NCBI GenBank assembly: GCA_004377005.1
Contig: SOIV01000160.1
Span: 1 to 57,135 of the forward strand
Direction: 5' to 3'
DNA: 57,135 nucleotides
From: Candidatus Aminicenantes bacterium
GTDB lineage: Bacteria; Acidobacteriota; Aminicenantia; Aminicenantales; Aminicenantaceae
In this document: in pieces, positions 29,402 to 39,201 of the stretch
Position numbering within the stretch: the first letter of the stretch is position 1
Layout: the number at the start of each line of letters is the position of its first letter
Notes under the pieces: generated by a model
What the model saw: the letters and a program-made list of their open reading frames with translations, nothing else
Database searches by the model: none
What the model was told of the DNA's origin: nothing
Program-made: the position numbers and the translations under genes

Positions 29402-30976
29402 TTAATCCAGTAAATAGTGGGACCCCAGGCTGACCGGGTTACCTAAGGCTGCATAAGTGATCAACAGAGCAACTTGGATTCCGTGTTTCAGTCCCACCAC
29501 TTTCGCATCCATTCTTACCTCTTTGTAAAACTTCTCGATCCTGTGGCGGAGATAATCCAGGTCAGCTCTCGCCCTCTCCAGACGTTTTTCTGTCCGAATG
29601 ATCCCCGCATAATTCCACATGGTTGACCGGATGGATATCCAATCCTGATTGATCAAAGCCAGGTCAACCTCCTCCCCTTTTTTAGGATAATACCATTCGT
29701 GGATATCTGAGGATTCATAAGACACTGCAGGATTAAAATGGGAAGCTATAAATTTGGAAGCCCTCGTTCCCCATACCAGGCCTTCTAAAAGTGAGGTTGA
29801 GGCTAAACGGTTTGCACCATGGACGCCAGTACAAGAAACCTCCCCCACAGCAAAAAGACTTTTGAGCGAACTTCTTCCCCATTCGTCAACAAGAATCCCG
29901 CCGCAGCAATAGTGAGCAGCAGGAACAACGGGGATGGCTTCCTTTGTTATGTCTATTCCATATTTTAAGCATGTCCTGTAGATATTGGGAAACCTTTTTT
30001 TGATATCAAATTTCGCATAAGAAGCCAAATCCAAGTAAACATAACTTGAATTACTGTTTGTCATCTCCTCATAGATAGCCCTTGCCACCTCATCCCGTGG
30101 AGCCAGCTCTCTCCTCTTGTTGTAATTCTCCATAAAGGTCTGGCCCTCCTTGGTCTTTAATCGGGCACCTTCTCCTCTCACCGTCTCTGAAATCAAAAAA
30201 CTATCTGCATCCCGATGAAAAAGCGAGGTCGGATGAAACTGGATGTATTCCATATTGACAATTCTGGCTCCTGCTTTGTAAGCCATAGCGTAGCCATCTC
30301 CGATGGCTCCCCTGGGGTTGGAAGTATAAAGATAGACGGTTCCGCAGCCGCCAGTAGCCAGAATCGTGTAATGGGCAAAAATCGTGTTAACCCTGCTGCT
30401 TTTGTTGTCTAAAACATAAGCTCCTATGCACTGCGGTTCTTCATAATAAAATGTGGGATTCTTAGAATGATGGGGCACGGTCAACAAATCCACAGCGGTA
30501 TGCTCGGGGAGAAGCGTTACATTGGAGTACTTCTTTAAAGCCCGGATAAATCTTTCCTCGATTGTCTTACCTGTCGTATCCTTTATATGAAGAATCCGCC
30601 TCCGAGAGTGCCCAGCTTCCTGCGCATAATCTAAAGAATCTGGAGAACTCCTGGTAAAAGGAATCTTGAGCTCTTTAATCAAGATATCTTCTACAGCCTT
30701 TTTCCCTTCGCTGGCCAAAATCTCAACAGCTCCCGGATTATTGATACCATCACCTGATTGGATTATATCGTCTTTCAAGAGCTCTGGATGGTCATCGTGT
30801 CCAAGAGAAACAATCCCTCCTTGAGCATAATATGTGTTTGATTCCTCAAGGTTAGAATTTTTGGTTACCACAATCACTCTTAGGCCGCTCTTCGCTGCCT
30901 CCAAAGCTGTACTGGCTCCAGCAATCCCACAGCCAATTATCAGAATATCTGCATTTAAACTCTCTTTTTCACTCAT
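29402..30976 (-). CDS. nadB: L-aspartate oxidase
   Basis: 524 aa with an N-terminal FAD motif (ILIIGCGIAGAS) and the flavoprotein fold of the succinate dehydrogenase/fumarate reductase family. It is adjacent to nadC. Confidence 0.92.
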   Translation of the reverse strand: MSEKESLNADILIIGCGIAGASTALEAAKSGLRVIVVTKNSNLEESNTYYAQGGIVSLGHDDHPELLKDDIIQSGDGINNPGAVEILASEGKKAVEDILIKELKIPFTRSSPDSLDYAQEAGHSRRRILHIKDTTGKTIEERFIRALKKYSNVTLLPEHTAVDLLTVPHHSKNPTFYYEEPQCIGAYVLDNKSSRVNTIFAHYTILATGGCGTVYLYTSNPRGAIGDGYAMAYKAGARIVNMEYIQFHPTSLFHRDADSFLISETVRGEGARLKTKEGQTFMENYNKRRELAPRDEVARAIYEEMTNSNSSYVYLDLASYAKFDIKKRFPNIYRTCLKYGIDITKEAIPVVPAAHYCCGGILVDEWGRSSLKSLFAVGEVSCTGVHGANRLASTSLLEGLVWGTRASKFIASHFNPAVSYESSDIHEWYYPKKGEEVDLALINQDWISIRSTMWNYAGIIRTEKRLERARADLDYLRHRIEKFYKEVRMDAKVVGLKHGIQVALLITYAALGNPVSLGSHYLLD

Positions 30977-30982
30977 GATCGC

Positions 30983-31816
30983 CTATCTCAAAAACTCAAT
31001 GCTTATGTCCACCGATTTGTAAGAATGAGTTAAGCTTCCCACAGAGATGAAGTCAACTCCCAAGGAGGCTATCTCCTTGACTCTTCTTAGGGAAACTTTG
31101 CCTGAAACTTCCAAAGGAACTTTCCCTTTCACCCGTTTGACAACTTCTTTCATTGCTTCTTTCGGCATATTGTCGAGCATAATCATATCGGCCCCGCTTT
31201 GAACAGCTTCTTGAACTTCTTCTATACTGGTAGCTTCTACCTCAACTCTCACTCCAGGCTTTATACTTTCCTTAGCACTCTTTACAGCCTGAGAAATGCT
31301 GCCAACAATCCTCAGGTGATTATCCTTTATCAACACCATTTCAGAAAGATTGAAGCGGTGATTCACACCTCCGCCCATCCTCACCGCATATTTTTCAAGA
31401 CTTCTCAAGCCAGGTGTTGTTTTACGGGTATCAAGAATCTTTGTTTTTGTTCCTTGAAGCACCCGAACAAACTTCTGCGTGGTGGTGGCAATTCCAGACA
31501 TCCTTTGGAGAAAATTAAGAGCTATTCTCTCTCCCTTGAGGATGGAAACTGAACGGCCTTGAATCGTGGCTAATGTCAGACCTTCTCTGAACTTCTGGCC
31601 GTCATTTAAATTCTTTTTAAAGATAACGGATGGATCAATTTTACTAAAGACTCTCCTGGCAACATCAATCCCTGCCAGAACACCTTCTTCTTTGGCTAAA
31701 ATTATTGCCTCTGACTCAGAATCTGCAGGGATAATGTTTTCAGAGGTGATATCACCCTGAGGCATGTCTTCTTTTAAGGCAGTCTCGATGAGCGCATCTG
31801 TCGCATCTTCTTTCAT
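30983..31816 (-). CDS. nadC: Nicotinate-nucleotide pyrophosphorylase (quinolinate phosphoribosyltransferase)
   Basis: 277 aa with typical QPRTase blocks (ILDTRKTTPGLR, KYAVRMGGG.NHR, MLDN). Confidence 0.92.
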   Translation of the reverse strand: MKEDATDALIETALKEDMPQGDITSENIIPADSESEAIILAKEEGVLAGIDVARRVFSKIDPSVIFKKNLNDGQKFREGLTLATIQGRSVSILKGERIALNFLQRMSGIATTTQKFVRVLQGTKTKILDTRKTTPGLRSLEKYAVRMGGGVNHRFNLSEMVLIKDNHLRIVGSISQAVKSAKESIKPGVRVEVEATSIEEVQEAVQSGADMIMLDNMPKEAMKEVVKRVKGKVPLEVSGKVSLRRVKEIASLGVDFISVGSLTHSYKSVDISIEFLR

Positions 31817-32029
31817 TTGAATAAATTATAGATTTTTCCTGCTCACCAGTCAAACCCCGCATTTGCCTTTCCAAATGCTATTTATTAAAATAAGCACGCT
31901 CTATCTAGAAATCAAAAATTAAAGTAGACTACAAAGTTCAAGTTTTCACTATATTTTGAAAAAGAAATTTTGATTATCAAGCAATTTTAATGGAAATAAA
32001 CAAAGCTTTTTAGCTGGGGATTGTAAAAA

Positions 32030-33193
32030 ATGAAAAAGAAAATAACAACAGCATCAGATTTAAGAAGAGCACAATACATAAAAAATCTCCTGGAAAAAAA
32101 ACCAAAAGATCAAAAATTCTGTGTTCTTGGGGCTGGACACGGCGGATTGGCCATGGCTGGTCATCTGGCCATTAAAGGATTCAATGTTAACCTTTATAAT
32201 CGGGGACGAAATAGGATCAAACCTGTCATACAAAGAAAAGGAATCAAGGTCGAAGGAGAAGTCAAAGGATTCGGAAAGATTGAGCTTGCTTCGACCAGCA
32301 TACAAGAATGTATCAAGGACGTAGATGTCCTCATGGTCGTTGTGCCAGCCTACGCTCACCCTTTCATCGCCGAAGCCTGTGCGCCATACCTTAAAGAGAA
32401 TCAGGTGGTTATCCTCAATCCTGGCCGGACAGGAGGAGCACTGGAATTCTATAACGTACTCAAGCAAAAGAAGCTGAAGCGATTTCCTTTTATCGCCGAA
32501 GCACAGACATTCCTTTACGCTTCAAGAGCTCTCGGACCGGCACATGCCAAAATATTTTCTATCAAAAATTCTGTTCCCCTGGCAACCCTTCCAGCTTACT
32601 GGATTCCCGGTGTTTTAAAAATCATCAATAGAGCTTTTCCCCAATTTATTCCTGGAGACAATATCTTCAAAACAAGTTTTGAAAATATCGGCGCCATATT
32701 TCATCCCGCCCTCACTATTCTGAATGCAGGCTGGATCGAATCGACTTATGGCGATTTCGAGTATTACATTAAAGGAGCAAGCCAATCTGTTGCCCAGGTT
32801 CTCGAAAAACTGGACAAGGAACGCCTGGATGTTGCAGCAGCTTTAGGCATAAAAGTCATGAGTGCCAGAGCCTGGCTTTACACAGCTTACAGTGCCACAG
32901 GAAATAACCTCCATGAAGCTATTCAAGACAACCCCGGGTATCTAGGAATTAAGGCTCCTGACAGGCTTCACCACCGCTATGTCGATGAGGACGTACCTAT
33001 GAGCCTCGTCCCTCTTGCTTCCATAGGAGACATGCTCAAAGTCGAAACGCCAACCATAAAATCCATCATCCGCCTTGCTTCAATAATGAGGGGAATAGAT
33101 TTCTGGAAAAAAGGCAGAACAGTTAAAAACTTAGGAATTAAAGGAATGACTATTAAAGAAATTCGCCTTCTGGCTGTGACCGGAGAACTATAA
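32030..33193 (+). CDS. NAD(P)-dependent opine (octopine/nopaline) dehydrogenase family protein
   Basis: 387 aa with an N-terminal Rossmann motif (VLGAGHGGLAMAGHLA) and a C-terminal region resembling the opine dehydrogenase helical domain. It is the first gene of a 4-gene coupled unit. Confidence 0.65.
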   Translation: MKKKITTASDLRRAQYIKNLLEKKPKDQKFCVLGAGHGGLAMAGHLAIKGFNVNLYNRGRNRIKPVIQRKGIKVEGEVKGFGKIELASTSIQECIKDVDVLMVVVPAYAHPFIAEACAPYLKENQVVILNPGRTGGALEFYNVLKQKKLKRFPFIAEAQTFLYASRALGPAHAKIFSIKNSVPLATLPAYWIPGVLKIINRAFPQFIPGDNIFKTSFENIGAIFHPALTILNAGWIESTYGDFEYYIKGASQSVAQVLEKLDKERLDVAAALGIKVMSARAWLYTAYSATGNNLHEAIQDNPGYLGIKAPDRLHHRYVDEDVPMSLVPLASIGDMLKVETPTIKSIIRLASIMRGIDFWKKGRTVKNLGIKGMTIKEIRLLAVTGEL

Positions 33194-33194
33194 A

Positions 33195-34835
33195 GTGGGG
33201 TCAGTCAACAAAAAAAAAATTTTAGGAGCTCCCGTAGGCAATTGTGTTCATGTCGCAGGCATCCTTAATTTTCTAAAATTAGCTGAACGCTGCGGCTATG
33301 AAACACTTTTCCTAGGTCCCGCCGTTTCTGTAGAAAAAATATCAGAAGCTATAAAACAGCACAATCCAAACCTTATCGCTATCAGTTATCGCTTAACTCC
33401 CGAAGTGCTTAAAAAATTATTGACTGCTTTAAAAAAAGAGGTCGAAAAAAACAGATGGCAGGATAAGACTTTTATATTTGGTGGAACACCGCCCACCGCC
33501 GAAGTCGCCCGTAAAAGCGGATTATTTGAAGCTACATTCGGGGGTCTCGAGCCTCGAGAAGACATAACCTCTTTTCTCAAAGGGAAAGTCGAAGAAGTAA
33601 AAAAAGATGAAATTCCTCCACAGAATCTCATCGACCGAATAGCTTTCAATGGTTCTTATCCTCTTCTCCGCCATCATTTCGGCCTGCCTACAGTCAAAGC
33701 GACTGTGGAGGGGGCCAGAGAAATTGCGCTCTCTGAAACAGTGGATGTCATTTCCATCGGACCTGACCAAAATGCCCAGGAGAGTTTTTTCCGTCCGGAT
33801 GAAATGAAAAAAGAGCAAGATGGCGCAGGAGGAGTTCCTTTGAGGAAACCTGAAGATCTTGAAGCCATTTATAAAGCAACACGCTGCGGCAACTATCCCC
33901 TGCTCCGTTGTTATTCCGGCACAAGAGACCTTATTAAATGGGCAGAGATGTCGCATAAAACCATAAACATTGCCTGGGGAGCTGTTCCTCTTTGCTGGTA
34001 CAATAAGCTTGATGGCCGCTCTGACCGAACTCCTGCAGATTCCATCGCAGAAAATCAGCAGGTAATGAAATGGTACGCTGAGCATAAAATCCCTCTCGAA
34101 GTTAATGAATCTCACCACTGGAGCCTGAGGGATGCTCATGACACAGTTGCAGTAACAGCGGCTTTTCTAGCAGCGTATAACGCAAAAAAAATGGGAATAA
34201 CTCATTATGTGGCCCAGTATATGTTCAACAATCCGGCTCAAACATCTCCTTTGATGGATTTAGCTAAGATGCTGGCAAAAATAGAGCTTATCGAATCTCT
34301 TCATGATGAAAATTTTACGAGTATTCGCCAGACGAGAACGGGTTTGGCTTGCCTTTCTCCCGATCCCGATGTTGCCAAAGGCCAGCTCTCCTCTTCCTGT
34401 TTGTTCCAGATGACCCTGGAACCAAAGATAGTCCATGTAGTCGGATTCTGCGAAGCAGACCATGCAGCAACTCCACCAGATATAATTGAAAGCGCCAAAA
34501 TCACGCTGGGCATCATAAAGAATTTCTCTTTGGGTGCTCCTCAAATTCTTGATGACCCCAGGATAAAAGAGAGAAAGGAGGAGCTTGTCGAGGAAACAAA
34601 ATATCTTCTCCAGGCATTTAAGAACCTCGCTGCTGATAAAGTCAAGGATCCCTGGACTGATCCTGAAACCCTTGCCCAGGCCATTCATAGAGGCCTTCTT
34701 GACGCCCCCCATCTTGCAGGTAACCCGTATGCCACCGGGAAGGTTCATACTCAAATCAGGGATGGAGCCTGTTATGCCGTTGATCCCCAATCAGGAAATC
34801 TTTTGAGTGAAAAGGAAAGAATCTCTCGAATTTAA
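33195..34835 (+). CDS. B12-binding-domain fusion protein, mutase-like (GlmS-like N-terminus plus a large, possibly GlmE-like C-terminal domain); function unknown
   Basis: 546 aa with a GTG start 1 nt after the upstream stop. Residues 8-125 align by eye with glutamate mutase S (KKILGAPVGNCVHVAG versus KTIVLGVIGSDCHAVG, and FIFGG versus LYVGG). The resemblance of the C-terminal ~400 aa to the E-subunit TIM barrel is only tentative. Confidence 0.5.
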   Translation: MGSVNKKKILGAPVGNCVHVAGILNFLKLAERCGYETLFLGPAVSVEKISEAIKQHNPNLIAISYRLTPEVLKKLLTALKKEVEKNRWQDKTFIFGGTPPTAEVARKSGLFEATFGGLEPREDITSFLKGKVEEVKKDEIPPQNLIDRIAFNGSYPLLRHHFGLPTVKATVEGAREIALSETVDVISIGPDQNAQESFFRPDEMKKEQDGAGGVPLRKPEDLEAIYKATRCGNYPLLRCYSGTRDLIKWAEMSHKTINIAWGAVPLCWYNKLDGRSDRTPADSIAENQQVMKWYAEHKIPLEVNESHHWSLRDAHDTVAVTAAFLAAYNAKKMGITHYVAQYMFNNPAQTSPLMDLAKMLAKIELIESLHDENFTSIRQTRTGLACLSPDPDVAKGQLSSSCLFQMTLEPKIVHVVGFCEADHAATPPDIIESAKITLGIIKNFSLGAPQILDDPRIKERKEELVEETKYLLQAFKNLAADKVKDPWTDPETLAQAIHRGLLDAPHLAGNPYATGKVHTQIRDGACYAVDPQSGNLLSEKERISRI

Positions 34836-36262
34836 TGAAAAATCCTCCATCCCTCGCATTTGAAGATCACTTTAACATTTCTCTGGGTGACCTCCAAAAA
34901 ATCTTGGATATTTCTCTTTCCCGTGGCGGCGATTTCTCGGAAATATACCTGGAGTATAAAATCTACAATTTTATCAACATGGAAGAAGATATCATCAAAG
35001 AAACAGCAGAGAGTATAAGTCTTGGGTTGGGCATAAGAGTTTTATCGGGCGAAAAAACAGGATACGGCTATACCAACGACCTCTCCTTTGCCAAAATCAA
35101 AAAAACTGCCCTTACAGCGGCCTCTATTGCCTCAAGTCGCGCCCTGAGGGAGGCTTCTCCCCTGAGTCCAGTCCAATTTCATCATAACTTTTATCCAGTC
35201 CTGGAGTCACCTCACAAGGAATCTCTTGAGAAAAAAATATCCTTTGTCAAAGAAACATATCATTCCGCCCAGAATTTCGATCGAAAAATAAAAAAAGTGA
35301 AGGTTTCCTTCCTGGATCACACTCAGTTCGTGACCATTCTCAATTCAGAAGGATTAAAGGTCTCCGATGTCCGTCCTCTTATTAAACTGGCCTGTCTGGC
35401 AATTGCTGAAAAAGAGGACAAAAGAGAGACAGGCTTCTCTGGAGGAGGAGGAAGAGTGGGCATGGAATATTTCTCCACCGATCTCACTCCTAAGGAAATA
35501 GGTCAAGATGCAGCAAAGGAAGCCTTGGAGCTTCTCGAAGCGGCCTTGCCGCCTGCCGGGGAGATGCCTGTAGTGCTTGCCCCTGGTCACAGCGGAGTTT
35601 TGGTTCATGAAGCAGTAGGACATCTGCTCGAAGCAGATTTTATCCGTAAGAAAACCTCAATTTTTTGGAATAAGATGGGAAAAAAAGTAGGCAGCAGCCA
35701 GGTTACGATCTACGATGACCCGACTATTCCCTATTTTCGAGGCTCTTATAATATAGACGATGAAGGCACAATCCCCAAAAAGACCCTTCTCATCGAAAGA
35801 GGAAAAATGGCAGGTCTTCTTCAAGACAGGCTTTCAGCCAAATTGATGCGAAGGCCTCTCACTGGTCACGGCCGAAGACAAGACTATTCATGCATTCCTA
35901 TTCCAAGGATGAGCAATACCTACATAGACAGAGGAAGGTACTCCCCGGATGAAATCATCAAGTCTGTGGAAAAGGGATTTTATGCCCACAAATTCCTGGG
36001 AGGTCAAGTGGAAGATTCAGGAAAGTTCACCTTTTCAGTCAGCTCAGGCTATCTTATAGAAAACGGAAAACTGACCGCACCTGTGAAGCAGGCTACTCTT
36101 ATAGGAACCAATATTGAGATCCTAAAAAATATTGCAATGATCGGCTCTGACCTTAAATTTGGTCTTCAAACAGGAACCTGCGGAAAAGAAGGCCAGGCGA
36201 TTCCGGTTATCGATGGCTGCCCCACGATAAAAATTTCCAGGATGACAGTGGGAGGACAATAG
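34835..36262 (+). CDS. tldD: TldD family metalloprotease
   Basis: 475 aa with an HExxxH motif (VHEAVGHLLE) and the conserved C-terminal PmbA_TldD fold ending ...MTVGG. TAATG overlap with the upstream gene. Confidence 0.9.
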   Translation: MKNPPSLAFEDHFNISLGDLQKILDISLSRGGDFSEIYLEYKIYNFINMEEDIIKETAESISLGLGIRVLSGEKTGYGYTNDLSFAKIKKTALTAASIASSRALREASPLSPVQFHHNFYPVLESPHKESLEKKISFVKETYHSAQNFDRKIKKVKVSFLDHTQFVTILNSEGLKVSDVRPLIKLACLAIAEKEDKRETGFSGGGGRVGMEYFSTDLTPKEIGQDAAKEALELLEAALPPAGEMPVVLAPGHSGVLVHEAVGHLLEADFIRKKTSIFWNKMGKKVGSSQVTIYDDPTIPYFRGSYNIDDEGTIPKKTLLIERGKMAGLLQDRLSAKLMRRPLTGHGRRQDYSCIPIPRMSNTYIDRGRYSPDEIIKSVEKGFYAHKFLGGQVEDSGKFTFSVSSGYLIENGKLTAPVKQATLIGTNIEILKNIAMIGSDLKFGLQTGTCGKEGQAIPVIDGCPTIKISRMTVGGQ

Positions 36263-37608
36263 TGGAAAAGGGAAAAAAGCCCATGAAGCTCAAAGAACTG
36301 GCAGAAAGCCTGGTGACTTTTGGAAAAGTCAACGGAGCGGATGAAGTTGAAATATCCATCTTGGACGGCTATGAATTCAGCGTCGATGTAAGATTGGGAA
36401 AAATAGAAAACCTGGTTGAGGCAGGTTCCAGGTCCTTGGGCTTGAGAGTCATCAAGGATAAAAAAACTGCCTTTGCCTCTTCTTCAGATTTATCCAAAGA
36501 GGCACTCGAGCATCTTGTGAAAAATGCCATAAAGCGGACGAAGTTAGCCAGCCCTGATGAATTCTCAGGACTCCCCGCTCTCTCAAAAAAAAGAGTTGAC
36601 ATCCCTTCCTTAAAGCTTTTTGACCCTGAAATCCCAAGCCTGGATTCAGAAAAGAAGATTGCTCTGGCTACAGAGACAGAAAAAATCGCTCTCGAGGATA
36701 AAAGAATCACAAACTCCCATGGATCAAGCTTTGAAACTACAGAAATAAGAATAATTTTTGCAAACTCGAACGGCTTCCTTGAGGAATACGAGCAAACATT
36801 TTGCGGCCTGAGTATTGGCCTCCTGGCTGGAGGAACAGACAATCAAGTTGAAGACTATTGGTCCTCCTCAAAGCTCCATTTCAAAGAATTAGATTCACCA
36901 GAAGAAGTCGCCAAAAAAGCAGTGGAGAGAACAGTGCGGCAAATTAAACCCAGGAAAATAAAGACACAAAAAGTTCCTGTTATCTTTGAACCTACGATGA
37001 CCTCCTGGCTTCTTGGTTTTCTTTTTGGATGTGTTTCTGGAGTGTCTATCTACAAGAAAACTTCCTTTTTGGTCGATAAGCTGGGAAAAAGGATTGGGAA
37101 TGAAAGAGTGACTGTTTATGACGACGGTCTTATGCCCGGAAGGCTGGGGACAAGACCTTTTGACGCCGAAGGTGTACCCAGCCAAAAAACTCTTGTTATG
37201 GATAAAGGAATTCTCAAAAACTACCTGTGCAACACTTACGCCGCCCGGAAACTGAAGCTCAAAGCAACAGGAAGCTCAAGCGGCACCAGTGTCAGTCCAA
37301 GTAATTTTTATCTTAAAGCCGGAAATACGCCTCCGGAAAAAATCGTCTCCTCCCTGGAAAAGGGCTTAATCCTTATCAGAACCATCGGGCATGGACTCAA
37401 TCCTGTAACCGGGGATATCTCCAGAGGAGCATTCGGCTTATGGGTTGAAAAAGGAGAAATTGTCTATCCGGTTTCAGAAATAACTATCTCCGGGAATCTC
37501 GGTGAAATCTTGAATAATATAGAAGTTGTTGGAAATGACCTTGACTTCCGGAGTCCCCTCGCCGGCCCGACAATAAAAATAAAGGAACTGACAGTAGCCG
37601 GCCAATAA
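36262..37608 (+). CDS. pmbA: PmbA/TldE family protein (TldD partner)
   Basis: 448 aa. The GTG start overlaps the tldD stop and has a GGGAGG RBS; an alternative ATG lies at 36283. PmbA_TldD fold without HExxxH, ending ...LTVAGQ. Confidence 0.88.
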   Translation: MEKGKKPMKLKELAESLVTFGKVNGADEVEISILDGYEFSVDVRLGKIENLVEAGSRSLGLRVIKDKKTAFASSSDLSKEALEHLVKNAIKRTKLASPDEFSGLPALSKKRVDIPSLKLFDPEIPSLDSEKKIALATETEKIALEDKRITNSHGSSFETTEIRIIFANSNGFLEEYEQTFCGLSIGLLAGGTDNQVEDYWSSSKLHFKELDSPEEVAKKAVERTVRQIKPRKIKTQKVPVIFEPTMTSWLLGFLFGCVSGVSIYKKTSFLVDKLGKRIGNERVTVYDDGLMPGRLGTRPFDAEGVPSQKTLVMDKGILKNYLCNTYAARKLKLKATGSSSGTSVSPSNFYLKAGNTPPEKIVSSLEKGLILIRTIGHGLNPVTGDISRGAFGLWVEKGEIVYPVSEITISGNLGEILNNIEVVGNDLDFRSPLAGPTIKIKELTVAGQ

Positions 37609-37718
37609 TGAAGCAAAAAATGATGCGAACCTCTAATTTTACTGCAATAGCGTTTTCGCTCTTAAGCGAGTGTGCATTTAGCCTTCGAAAACATCCCCTT
37701 TGGTTACGTTCTGTGGAA

Positions 37719-38861
37719 TCATAAACTTTTCAAAACATTTAACAGGCAATCAATATCTTCGAAGTTATTGAAGATATTTACAGATACTCTGATACCTTCT
37801 CCTCGAGCACCGACAAAGATTTTATTTTTAGCAAGCGTTTTAATGCATTGTTTATTTTTGTCTTCGAGTGTGAATGTCACTATGGCTGAACGCTCCTTTT
37901 TTCTGGCAACAGGTGAGGTAATCTTGATTTCCAGTTTTTCCAACCCTCTGATCAGGTAATCGGTCAATTCCATGACACGAGTCCGGATATTCTGAAATCC
38001 GATTGTTTTGAGGTAGTCCATCGCGGTTTGAAACGCCAATAAAGGCTGCAGGTTGTATGTTCCAATAATGTACCTCTCGGCAGTTTCATGAAGACGGAAG
38101 GGAGTGTTTTTAGCCGTGTGGATGAGACTCCCTTCTTCGGGGGCCACAGACATCCATCCTGCCCAGGGAGAAGGATATTTTTTCCGAAATAAGGAAGATG
38201 TGTAGAATAGAGTCCCGATATGGCCGGTGAATCCCCATTTGTGAACCGAAGCAGAGAGCACTTCGATGTTCATGGATCTGACATTAATCGGGAAAAAAGG
38301 AAAGGATTGAGTGGCATTGACGATAAAGAGAATTCCTCTTTTCTTCAGTTCTTCGCCAAGAGTTTTCAGGTCCTGGCGGAATCCCGTGGCGTACTGTACG
38401 TGTGAAGTAACAACTGCCAAGGTGTTCCGGTCTGACAGTTTCAGGATGTTATCAATGGGGTACCTTGCTTCCACGGGCTGGACATAGCGCATATCCAGGC
38501 CCTGGTATTCATAGCCGATCGTCGAGGCGGGAAACTCATCCTCCATCGAGACAATATTGAAGGGCTTCCGGATATGATTTTTAAAGGTCATGGCCAGAAG
38601 CGACATGACGGATGAGGTGTTTTGGACAAAGGTGACATCATCTCCTTTGGTGTGGATCATTCCCGCCAGTTCTGAACAAAGCTTACGGAATTTTTTTATA
38701 TCCTTCGTCCAGTGGGTATCTCCTTGTGTGTGGAGCTTGCGGTATTCTTTCAGAATGGCGTTTAAGACAGGAGTAGGAGAAGGAGACATCGCTGCGCTAT
38801 GAAAATAAGTCATGTTCTTGGTGATTGGAAAATCGCTCCGGATTTTTTTCCAGTCCGTCAT
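37719..38861 (-). CDS. Class V aminotransferase-fold PLP enzyme (cysteine desulfurase / selenocysteine lyase-like)
   Basis: 380 aa with a PLP-lysine motif (SASVHKW) and the fold-type I pattern. It lies inside the pmbA-bounded island. Confidence 0.78.
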   Translation of the reverse strand: MTDWKKIRSDFPITKNMTYFHSAAMSPSPTPVLNAILKEYRKLHTQGDTHWTKDIKKFRKLCSELAGMIHTKGDDVTFVQNTSSVMSLLAMTFKNHIRKPFNIVSMEDEFPASTIGYEYQGLDMRYVQPVEARYPIDNILKLSDRNTLAVVTSHVQYATGFRQDLKTLGEELKKRGILFIVNATQSFPFFPINVRSMNIEVLSASVHKWGFTGHIGTLFYTSSLFRKKYPSPWAGWMSVAPEEGSLIHTAKNTPFRLHETAERYIIGTYNLQPLLAFQTAMDYLKTIGFQNIRTRVMELTDYLIRGLEKLEIKITSPVARKKERSAIVTFTLEDKNKQCIKTLAKNKIFVGARGEGIRVSVNIFNNFEDIDCLLNVLKSL

Positions 38862-38907
38862 GTTTTTACCTCTGTTTTTTTGAGTTCAGCATAAAAAATA
38901 TAAGAAT

Positions 38908-39201
38908 TTGTTTTTTGTGTTTGCAATATTTTTCAACGTAATTACGGCAGGACAGCTAGCTCTAACTAAGTACCCAGAAACTGAATTAATTGGGCCATAT
39001 CCTTCATGGTGGTTTACTTTCAGCGGTCCTGAGTTGAAATCACACTATGCCATTCTGATTGAACAAGGAACTATGGAGACTTTTAGAGTTGTTCAATACT
39101 TAGACTATGGCCTGATGCTCTCTACAGGTTTATTCTTTTTTATTCTAGCTTTAATTATTGCAAGGCAACACAAAGAAGGTTCTTTCTTTAGAATATGTTA
39201 G
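38908..39201 (+). CDS. Hypothetical membrane protein or gene fragment (AT-rich orphan)
   Basis: 97-aa ORF with a non-ATG start, two hydrophobic segments and no recognisable family. It is embedded in a patchwork of mobile-element debris. Confidence 0.3.
   Translation: MFFVFAIFFNVITAGQLALTKYPETELIGPYPSWWFTFSGPELKSHYAILIEQGTMETFRVVQYLDYGLMLSTGLFFFILALIIARQHKEGSFFRIC

Noticed and set aside
31817-32029. NAD+ (nadA-motif) riboswitch in the nadC / opine-DH divergent region
   Set aside because: Only a short CAAACCCCG word and a 7-bp hairpin (GCATTTG...CAAATGC) are visible, and they sit on the strand opposite nadC. From memory I cannot match the two-domain consensus. It needs an Infernal scan to settle.
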